A DNA stretch of 64,000 bases, taken from contig NW_026859203.1 in assembly GCF_026571515.1 (NCBI RefSeq), positions 248,001 through 312,000 of the forward strand, read 5' to 3'. Within the stretch, counting starts at the first letter, position 1. The number at the start of each line of letters is the position of its first letter. Source of the stretch: Ruditapes philippinarum. Its lineage: Eukaryota. The translations under genes and the position numbers were made by a program. The notes beneath the pieces were generated by a model, which was not told the DNA's origin, did not search any database, and saw only the letters and a program-made list of their open reading frames with translations. This document shows positions 40,001 through 50,110 of this stretch, in pieces.

Positions 40001-43000
40001 TGTCTAAAATGTTCAATAGAATAGATTTATAATGGGTTTTCTTCAAGGTTAATCTCTTTTTAAACAGTATAATGTTTTATGTCTGAAATTTCATTTTACA
40101 TTTGAAAGTTTAATTTACTAGTAATTAATGCCATTCCTTTTTGGTTATTGTGCAAACACCCTAAATATTGGTTTGATGTGTACTTCGTGGTTGACCGCGA
40201 TAGGTTTTAATTCTGTTATATGGGAAAATATATATGTAGCAATCAAAAATTATCACATACTAAAAATAAAAATATTATTCAGTACTGAAATTGGTTATGC
40301 TTTTACAATTAATTGTAAATGTGTCAGAGTTAAATCGTATACATATACATGTACAGTGCGTTAACTGGAGTGCAGGTATCAGTTACCCGCACTCCAGAGC
40401 AGGCCCATTGATTGGCTTATTTTTGCTGGGGTTTACTTATTGTGACGGCAGAGAACGGGAAAAGCGATAGAAATATCATATTCAGATGCTCGTTCATTGG
40501 TTCCTTTTTTCTAGGGTTTCATATTGTGACAACAGGGACCCTGTTTGACTATGATACAAGAAAGAAAGAACATCAAAACACTCGGCAATCTGATAAATAC
40601 TCGGGGGCTACGCCTCCTCGTATAAATCAGATAGCCTCGTGTATTTACTTAAATTTCAATTTACAACACAATTCATGGGTCAATCAAGTCTGGCTCAGAG
40701 GATTGATGAAAATATCTAATCAAACCATTTTGGAATATGTTTTACTTATCACAAATTAAAAAGAAAATGCAAATCCAAGTAACCAATAAAAATAAGGAAG
40801 TAAAATTGTATAATGTTAAAATATTACATATAACCTGGAATACTGTATCATCTATGGCGTCACTTCCGGGTTTGTAATTGAAGTAATCATAGACATGGTG
40901 CATATTATAAACAGTCCCATTGACAAACGTTTTATAACCTTTGACTTCCGCTTTCAGAGGAGCAGACGATACTGTTGATGAGGTAGACCAATTGCTTGCT
41001 GGAAAACCAGATAAAATAATTTTCAATATATAAGTAGAAGCTGTTATTGCAGTTTTATAGTGTGACAAAATATTGAAGTCATATATTCTATTTTTTATTT
41101 TATTTTTTATTCAAACTTAGAATATATGATAGTGATGTAAAAGTTTTAGGTTTTCAATTTATTTTGACAAATTTAAAACATGACACATCCTGATAATTAC
41201 CGCTGAAATAGTAGTCTATTGTAAAATTATTCCACGATGGGATGCTGAGACAACTTTTCCAGTGGTTGGCGACTATACCGCGAACGTTCTCCTGGCCAAT
41301 GTAAACCTATAATACGACAAAGTTACTTATTTTGCATATCAATAATAGATTTAATTGAGACAAAATATGAATATATAAGTATATAAGGTTTTAGTTTGTA
41401 CTTAATATTATTTTAATATTTCACTTTATTATATAGTGCCAACGATTTAATAATGGCACAATTTTGTGAAAGAGATGTGACACTTTTAATTGTCTCTCAT
41501 GAACAGACTAAATCAATAACATCTTCTCCTATCTAAATACTCTCTTTTCATAATCATTGATGAATATCCCTCTTTAAAAATTCAATATACTGGATATGCT
41601 TATTTATTTATTTATTTATTTATCTATTTCAATTTACCTCTCCAAACCGTTTTCCGAAATGTAGAACTGATTGGGTATCATTGATATGAGGTTTTCCCTG
41701 TGACATATACATCCCAAACCATTGTACATAATCACTTGTAGAAAGCGTACTTGTTGTACACGTATTCCCTGTAAAATTACAGTCACACACAATGGTCAAC
41801 ATCAATTGTATGTATATAGAAAGATTAAAAATATGTTTTGCAATGTGGTAAAAAAGGTGACGGCAACGGAGACAGTGCTTCTAACAGTAATAAAGTAGGA
41901 TTTGGAAGTGATAGAGATGAGCGGAGTGTGTCTGATGATATAAGTTTACGCATCTTTCAGCCAAGTAAACATGGGACCCAGATCTGTTGTATCTACTAAG
42001 TCATTTAATCTCCGTCCTGTTTCCTAACATGATTTCTGTCGAGGTAAGCTAAGGAAACACATTATCTGGAGTAATTCATCAAAGTTGTAAGCATACACAG
42101 TAAAAGAGTAAAATAACTATGAATAAGATGTCGAAGTACTTTATGATGGACCTCGTGATGTCTATAGATATTAACGTTGTAGTGTTGAAATTTGCAGATG
42201 TCGTTATGTGATGTTTGTGAAAAAAATGCCACTTATATAAACAATCAATAAATGATACATTTCTCTAATACACAAGACAACATCAATGGCAATATGCCTT
42301 TTTAATTGTTTATATTTTTATGATAAGATTTATTATAACCGTATACCTGAAATTTCGTATATCTCATCTGTTATGAAGTTGAAAATAAGTTGTCCATCTA
42401 TTCCATGTTCAAACAATGTTATTGTAGCTCTGTTACCTGGGTAATCGTAGTACCATTTAGCAGATATTGTCTTCTGTTTGTCTATTATGTTTACTTCAAC
42501 ATTTGTTTGAAATCCATCAAGAAGATATGGAAAGGCTGGACCTGTAATAAAAGTATGTTTTAAACATACCTGAATATGAAACCATTTTGGACATTTTTTA
42601 ATGAAACCATCTACTGGTAGGTGAATTATTTATCATATGACAAGTGACGTTTTCATATACTAGTACACTGAGAGGTATCTGTATCTATCTTCCATTTAGT
42701 CAAACCCCTGCTGGGAACCTAGACTGTATTTCCTAGAATAGTTATAAATTCTAAACGCTGAAAATCAGGAAAAGGGAAAATCCATCGAGAGCAACCAAAA
42801 CAAATGTCAAAAGACTTGGTTTGATTGAACATTTCTAAGGTCCCCCTAGCACCGGCTTTAGCATTATTCAATCTTCAACACAAGTAAAACTATCCCAAAG
42901 GACCAGAAAATACATTAACAAGGAGATTTTTAAAGTATGAACTAACAATATTTAGAGATAGTAAGGGAAAAGTTTTGAAAAATGTCACACAGCATGTCAA

Positions 43001-44209
43001 CCTTCTGTTGTGAGTATTAAAATGTAAAAAAAATTCTCAAGAGGGTGTAGCACACTTATTTATTTTACCTGTTGCTGCTGTCGGCTTTATTTGGTCACAT
43101 ATACTGCTTGCACAAACCGTATGTTGATTAAGTAGAAATATTAGCAATGACACTTTCAGTGCTAACAATATAGGCCATTTGTAAATCACCTAAATGGAAT
43201 ACAAACATACATGTTTTACACATTGTAGCAGCAATATATGAACGAAAGTCAATTTAAACAGAATTTCTTTACAATTTTTGACAACAAGTATTGTTTACTA
43301 TCAAAAATAAACATTACGAAAACTTCCTATACATGTATATTGTCCAACAATATTGACCTGGCACTTCATTATCGTAAAGGTCATTGTATAAACACTGGTA
43401 TATAACGAATATATCGATATACTTGTTACCTTCAAACGTCAGTGACGTGATGTGTTTTAGTATAGATGCTGTTCTACCGATCTAAAGGTTTTTGGTTCGA
43501 TTCTTTACCAATACCACGTTATAAAGATACACTATTTTTTTTTAATTTACATGAAATAATTAATTTGAAATCGTTTTACAATATATCTGGATAGTGATTG
43601 TATACAATTATATTGTTTTTATTTCATTCCATTAGAAAGTACAGCGAGTTAATTATACAAATCAATGATTTCAAGTCCATTTCACTGGCAGTGTCAGTCA
43701 TACTGCCCATACTGACGGTTTCCATGTCAGCGCTCGTGTCATCACTAGATGTATCAGCAAGGTTTATAATTATTTTCTCCACGTCATGGTCTCTGTAGCA
43801 GTCATGTGTGTTGCTTTAGCATACACGCTTTATATGCAGGTATCAAGTATACTACACAGATAGTTAACACACAGTGAAAATAAGAATCCCTAAAGAAAAT
43901 CCAAAACGAAAAATTTGAAAATGTTGCAGACTCGGTTTGCTCGAGTTTTAAAAGAACGATATTTTTAAGATAAAAAATAAAAATGGCTGCACCAGGATTC
44001 AAACCTACGAGTTTACGTCTATTTTCTTGCAGTGAAAGACTTTTACCGACTGCGCTAATAGAGATTCTTACATTAGACTATTTAGCAACTGGTGATTTAC
44101 ATTCATATCGATTTACAAATACATGTAGATCGTAACGTCTAATATTGTTGGACAATACACACCCCTGCCCATCAATGTTTTAACAAAAAATACTCACCGT
44201 ATATATCAT
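19065..44209 (-). CDS. ~1448-aa type I membrane protein with 3 ependymin/LolA-like repeats, 2 SEA-like folds, 5 PAN/Apple domains, S/T stalk and TM
   Basis: 33 GT-AG exons, all in phase, 4347 nt including stop: 44198-44209, 43069-43189, 42347-42541, 41638-41768, 41201-41306, 40835-40998, 39881-40003, 39588-39699, 39181-39353, 38821-38931, 37189-37272, 36776-36899, 36232-36396, 32859-33083 (PAN1), 32179-32285, 31894-31927, 31396-31499, 31119-31230, 30472-30647, 30090-30194, 29507-29587, 29042-29165, 28651-28824, 27787-28008 (PAN2), 27422-27537, 26963-27029, 23661-23897 (PAN3), 23182-23412 (PAN4), 22086-22217 plus 21642-21737 (PAN5), 20875-20967, 20436-20588, 19065-19201 (TM). Signal peptide WPILLALKVSLLIFLL; PAN motifs CAxxC..F.C.SF..C; TM VGIGVGTFLLGLLIGAVGVFLF; tail KRYFNRADELKTNFIEHEEM. 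The 12-nt first coding exon is the least certain. Confidence 0.88.
19663..20208. mobile_element. TIR-type DNA element spanning the gap (left part also at ~10449-10680)
   Basis: The left end ATAGATCATAAATAGAGG and the right end CAATATTTAAGATCTATT are imperfect inverted repeats. Confidence 0.45.
19913..20052. other. Assembly gap (140 N)
   Basis: Run of n in the last intron of the membrane-protein gene. Confidence 1.
21260..21610 (+). repeat. Degenerate (ATTC/ACTC)n microsatellite tract
   Basis: Perfect ATTC core at ~21384-21405 inside degenerate TCAC/TCAT repeats. Confidence 0.7.
25207..26655. mobile_element. Non-autonomous IS3EU-like foldback DNA transposon with 42-bp internal tandem arrays
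   Basis: Termini TATGGAACGCCGTGACTGTCTTATG...CATAAGACAGTCACGGCGTTCCATA (25 bp perfect, over 140 bp imperfect). 6-bp TSD CCCTTA at 25201-25206 and 26656-26661. The 42-bp unit ATGACTTGTGCAAACGACATGTTAACTTGTCAAAGTATCATG switches orientation at ~25553-25565. Confidence 0.85.
34575..35432 (+). mobile_element. HINE (Helentron-associated element, pearl/BIV160-like) with ~155-bp satellite monomers
   Basis: 5' ACAAGAG start and subterminal repeat TCTCCCGCCGAA. About four monomers AAATAACAAAGGGCAATAACTC... at ~34741, ~34892, ~35050 and ~35207. (GGAC)n microsatellite. 3' palindrome TCCCCCGCC...GGCGGGGGA. No TSD. Confidence 0.85.
38095..38240 (+). repeat. Dispersed fragment of the ~640-bp repeat family
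   Basis: GGCAAAATT...CGGTTTGTTTAAGCC...AGCACCGACTAAGCAG matches the unit at 14741. Other fragments: ~35433, ~42760-42875, ~43880-43950, ~47000-47420 (-), ~49715-49785 (-), ~61858-61925 (-). Confidence 0.65.
43984..44063 (-). mobile_element. tRNA-derived SINE head / tRNA pseudogene
   Basis: On the minus strand: box A TAGCGCAGTCGG and box B GGTTTGAATCC. The cloverleaf is degenerate. Confidence 0.5.
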
Positions 44210-44739
44210 GATATTCTTTGATTACCGTTCTTTATAAATTCCAGATCAATATCCCTAAACTATTTAGACTAGCTTGGAATGGTAGCACCTATGTATCAAA
44301 TGAAGATTTTATTTTAACTTCATTTCTTTACATCGTGACACTGTGTAAAATGTACATCATATAAAATTTTATCAAGTTTATAATAACATAATTTTATACA
44401 GACGGGTATGTAACGTTTGATAAGATAATTATAAAAGGGATAGAATCTAATCTATCGTGTACAGATATCATTGTTTACCTTTGTTAAATATTATAATTGT
44501 TCACTCATTTTATGAGTTTCGGATTAAAATGTGTAGCAAAAATATGTTAAATTGTTTTAAAATTTTATTTCAAAATTTCGGTATGTTCTGAATCTAGGGG
44601 ATGTGCTGCTTTATTCTATTTAGAAATTGAAAATATAATTTGATAGAAATATAAATTAGTGATTGATGTTTTTGATTTTTATTTTATAATTTTAATTTGA
44701 TAGCATCGAATGATTATTTTTTATATGCCATACCTAAAA

Positions 44740-46600
44740 TAAACATTTGATTTTATTGATATGTTTGCGTTTTTGAAAACAGAAAATCTGCACCATGATA
44801 TTTTTAGGATAACATCGACGGCTAGTTTGTAGATATTGTTGATAATGTTTGGTATTTAGATGTTAAATTTTCTTTTTGATAGTCTGACAGATCCAGTTCT
44901 GTTATATGGTTCAGATGTCTTGGAATATATAGATATAAGATGTTGATTAACTCAAGATAAAATGTTAATATGTACTTGGTGTAAAAATTAAACCCTTAGT
45001 TGTGCAGTCTTTGGGGAACTTAGTAAATTGTCTTTGTCAGTGTTATATAAAGAAAGGTCTCTAAAGCTTTGAAACAAATAAACAAGCGCATATTATTATA
45101 TATGATGTAGGATTTTCATATTTGATTGAAAACTAACTTTTACGTTTTTTCTAAATTTAGCTTGATTATTAAACAACGCATAATAGGCCAATTTTTACAA
45201 AATTGGCATGAACAAATAGATAACTTGCCAAAACTCTATTACTTTAGGAGTTTTAAATTGAGAAATATCTAAATGCAATAGAAAATGACAAGAAAACGGT
45301 TGACATGTTTCAGACTGGGTTCTCATTCTTTAGAAATTGAAACTGAGATATATATACGTATATATATATAGAGAGAGGAGGATATTTGTCTGTTTTATGT
45401 AAGATGAAATTTTATTTCATCGATTGAAATTTAAAAACAGTATTCTCACGAGTGGCGTAGATAAATAAAATAATATCTTACACACAAAAATAACAACAAT
45501 TTTTCTTTTTTATTTTATCCTATTTTTTTATTTTTAAATACAAATTCAAATGAAATTTCCTCGATATCAACTTGAATATCAAATCTGTTTTTCCCCACTG
45601 GTACCCCTCAATTTCAGACGTATTTCCCATAAATATATGAAGTCTTGAGCAAAAAAATGAGTCCAAAAATCAACGTTAAATGGTGGTGATATTGTCTATT
45701 TTATACAAAAAAAGAATGATTGCTTGTTTTAATAATTGAAACAAACAATTCTAGAAGAAGAAGAAAAAAAAAATTGCAACATGATGAGCTTAATTCCGTT
45801 ATTTTTCGCGGAAGTTTATATGAGACTTATTGTCCTTTGAAAACCGAAATTTTAAAGTTGTGCGTTTCATGGAAGGAAAATTTAAAATGTGTTTGATTCC
45901 GAGGGATTTCATTTGCACTTGTTAATTCGACAAATATTCATAAAAAAGAAAACTCGGGCTGGTGACCGTCACTGCTTTTTACACATTGCATTACAGTAAT
46001 TGCTCGTATAGAATACCTAATATGCCCAAATGTCACCAAGAGAAGTTTTGTATGCCGAAGGAAGTGTATTTTTCAGACTGCTTAAATGAAGTAAAAACAA
46101 TAGACTTATAGACTATGTTTGGTGATAGGTTAACTGAATTAATTGATGTAATTTTTTCTATTACGTTTAAGATTTAATTTTTTTTATCAATTTCAGCTTT
46201 GGTTTGCCCTAAACAGCCCTGACAATGTCGGAATTGAAAGCTATGGTAAAATTGAGGTATCACATGAGGAAAATCTTTAAAAAGTTGTCTCTTCGTTGAA
46301 AAGTGTAAATTTATATTTTGATAATTTTCGCTGTGAAATTATCAAATATAATTTATGGATAAATCAGTAATCCACTCAAAAGCATAAAATAAATGGGTGT
46401 AAACAGAAATGAGAGAACGTGTAAACTTTGTATACAAAAACATGGTGGAATCAGAGTATCACCTTTCTGCTGTGTTGTCCATTTTATTCAGAATTAAGAA
46501 AAAATGTTTATTCATAATACACCCTTTCCTACATTGAATCAGTTTTATCACAAGAATAAACACATATTATGACAAATACTTGGAGTCTTGGACAAAGCCT
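44740..46600 (+). mobile_element. Degraded LINE ORF2 3' end, interrupted by a ~1-kb insertion (~45380-46390)
   Basis: Broken frames give LFDSL..PVLLYGS, LGVK, VFGELSK, FRLGSHSLEIET and, after the insertion, RTCKLC...MVESEYH...CPFYSELRK. These are typical of non-LTR ORF2 C-termini. Confidence 0.65.
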
Positions 46601-46696
46601 TTGATATAGGAATACCATAGAACAAATGATGAACATAAAACGGTAATGTTACATGATTATTACAACATTGCAATGCTGGTATTTGTTTGTTTTTTT

Positions 46697-46727
<31 letters not shown>

Positions 46728-49141
46728 TAAAACCGATATTTGAAATGTCTTTGTATCAGGAATTTATATGTGTCTATATCTGTACAAGTTTTTGTATGTA
46801 ATGCAATGTTTGTCTATTTGCAACTAAAATTTGGACTTTGGTGATAATATTTAATTACATGTTGAGCCAAGTCACCAGGCAGAACTAATCATTTTTAGTA
46901 TTCAAAAGTCATGTTCAATCCTGAACTACCAAAGTTGGACTTATATCAAAGTTTTCTCATTGAGTCGAGCATTGAGTCGAGCACTTTAAATTTTTGAAAA
47001 TTGAATACTGCTCATGCTAGTACTAGGGGGCGTGAGTTGCACTTTTTCATTACTTCATGTAAAGACTCAATTAAACCGAGTCTGCAATTTTCATGTAATT
47101 TTGCTGATTTCAATGCTTCCGACGAATCACTTTTTCCAGATATTTATACATCACAACAGCAGGTGTCAAGTGTTGCGTGGCAGCTCAAAAAGTTGCTCCG
47201 TACTTCACTTCAGTATTATTATATTTTTCTGGGTCCTTTAGAATCATTGAGTACAGTACTTTAAAGTTTAAGTAATTGAGTGCCACTCAAGCCGGTGCTA
47301 GGGGACGTGAGAAATATTGCATTTTTTCGTTATCCCTCATGTACAGAGTCAATTAAACCGAGTCTGTAATTTTCATGTAATTTTGCTGTTTTCAATGCTT
47401 CCAGTGGATCACTTTTTTCCAGAATTTCTTAGTTGTTTTACACAATTATGTTACATACTTTTGTATGCTCATCTATTTCTGCACTGCATGTTAAGTCTTT
47501 ACATTATCTACGTTGTTAACATTGCTTTTAATTTGATTTTAATAAGTACCTGTGTATTTAAATCAGAAATACGTTAACAGTATCTGTTATTCTTTCCTCA
47601 CCTCACTGTTATAGTGAATTTAGAGTGTATTGACAATGATTCGCGTGTTGATCAGAGCAATGTCTATGATAAAAACCCCACCGGGACTGTCTATTGCCAA
47701 TTGATTTTAGTTGAATATCAATTACCAAACCTTTTAAATAAAAATGTTTTTTTTTTAGTTTTATTGCTTTACAATTTTGTATTGTCCGTTTTATTGTATT
47801 TATAGAAATTAATGATTGTTAAGAATCAATATACATGTATTACAGTGTAAGTAAACATCGTTTTAAATTCAGTAAAAGCTTTTATTCGATAGGCTATAAA
47901 GCGGTGATTACAATTAAACAATAATTCTTATAATTAATGAAATTTAATACAGTACTTGGTATTTGGTATACTAGAATTCTTTGTTATATTAACGATTTAC
48001 TCAAATAATGACTGAATATGTTTTCATTTAATTCTGTATTTGAATCATATTATGGTGAAACTTGGGAAATCTTAAAAAGCTGAACAGCTGTCCAAAAGCT
48101 TAAAGATATAAAATTTATAAATCATACATAGATCAAGTTGGACACTTAAAACGTAAAAATATGTGGAAAAAATAAAGAAATATACCAAGAGATCTATGTT
48201 TATTGTAAATACTCGGGTATTCACCTAATTGCACATTATGTTATATAATATATATTATATGATTTTCATAATCTGTCATAAGTTACGTCCTCATGCACTG
48301 AGATGACACAGAAAGATATAATTCAACTTATACAACTGATAGGCTGATAGTGGTAACATATCAAGAACAAATGCTATTGTGTTATAATATATTCCGGTCA
48401 TTTTATTCGACATCATCTATTTAGTTGTTTTCGTATTTGTTACACACCTTCTTTTTGAATAAAAACATACTAGATGATTTTTAGAACGCTATCACTGAGT
48501 ATATAGTAATAATTCCCTTTTTACAAAGAAATTGCAGTGTTTGAATTTTTAGTACAGCAATCAGCTAAAAGCTATAATAATTAGAAGCGATCGTTAGATG
48601 CCTTCTGTTTAGACAAAGCGTGACCATTATATCACAAATGTGACCATTGTATCACAAATGTAGAAATAGATTACCGTCAGATTTATTACGCAGTTCTGAA
48701 TTGTCCTAGTAGAAATAAATTCCCAGAAACAAACAGACAGTTTGACAATGTCAATATACTGAGTAAGAAATCACTTGATTTTCCGTTGTAATTCAGTCTC
48801 TGGTGAGTTATTTAAAGCACGATTACTCTTCAAAGAACAATCCTTAAAGCAGTTAAGCATTTAATGTGACTTGATTTTTTCATTCAATTTAAAATAGCGC
48901 ATATTGGAGGAAATTACAGCGTGTATCAAGCACTTCTATAAGGATATAGGGGGACAAAAATATTGTTGGAATAGACATTGTGGTGACAAGTTGCTTTTAA
49001 AGGTTTGAGAAAACAGTGCATATTTATATATTAACTGATACATAATATTGTTAAGCTGTCTTTAAAGAAAACATTTATACAGGAAAACGTTTCAAACAAA
49101 AACTACTGTTCAACTGATAATACTTACTGGTTTTTACAAGA

Positions 49142-49303
49142 ATGCATAGACTCCGACGACTACGGTCTCGTTTACAAAAGTATGACCTTGCTAAAGAAAT
49201 CGAGTGTTACACTATTGAACTCCCGAATCCACTGGCAAGACTGAAAAAGAGAGGTGATTGTGACAGTACTGACAATATCTCGCGGAATCAAAATATCTTC
49301 AAG
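49142..49303 (+). CDS. Putative first coding exon of an unidentified gene (copy A)
   Basis: ATG to AAG|gtaaga, 54 codons, MHRLRRLRSRLQKYDLAKEIECYTIELPNPLARLKKRGDCDSTDNISRNQNIFK. Compared with copy B: 4 synonymous changes, 1 amino-acid change, no indels, while the flanks have indels. Confidence 0.5.
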
Positions 49304-49844
49304 GTAAGAGTTAGATAAATAAGAAGTGTATGAATTGTTGTTTCGTTTATGTCCTTTGTATTAAAACATGTCTTGCACTGTCATTCTATTAGAACTACTA
49401 TCACTTCTTTTGCAGATTTTTATTTAAATTTTGATAAAATAACAGTTATAATGATTATAAACTGATTAAAATGATGATGATGATGCTGTTGAACATCAGA
49501 TTAACAAATGTGGTGGGTTTGATTGTGATTTATTGATTAATCACAGATTCCTTATCCTTAATACTTATTTACACTAGGGAAAGATTATAATTGGGCTTTG
49601 GCGTATAAATATATCTGAAATACGTTCGATTTATTTAGGCAAACATTTGTAATTATTTTATTTTGATTAACCTGATAATTAAAGCTGACCAATAAAGTCA
49701 AACACTTTCCAGCATCGCCCATGAACAGGAGCTTGCAACATTTTCAGTTTTGCTGTTTTACGCGTACTTTTGGGATTCTGTCTAGTGATAGATCCATACT
49801 CTGACCTTTAATTTGGAAAACAATTTATTTAACTATAGGATGAA

Positions 49845-50110
49845 AAGACACTTAGATGTAGATTAGCATTTTTATAAACCGTTACATGATCGGAAATATG
49901 AACATAACTGTCAATGTTGTTCTGTATTAAACTTGGAAGATGAATTTCATTTCATTCTTATATGCCCATGTTATACAAGTGCTCGTAGCCTTTATATTCA
50001 CATATATTATTTTGTAAATCCAAGTATGCATAAATTCATAGCGCTGTTGCAAATTAATAATAGAAATGAGCTATATAAATTAGCAGTTTATTATAAAAAG
50101 CTATGATTAT
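49845..50110 (+). mobile_element. LINE 3'-end fragment (also at ~62245-62530)
   Basis: Translates to CQCC...LEDEFHFILICPCY...R..YI...PSMHKF, a non-LTR ORF2 terminal Cys/His motif. Confidence 0.6.

Noticed and set aside
43984-44063. Functional tRNA gene (also 59473-59545)
   Set aside because: A and B boxes are present but the acceptor and anticodon stems are degenerate. Treated as SINE-like fragments.
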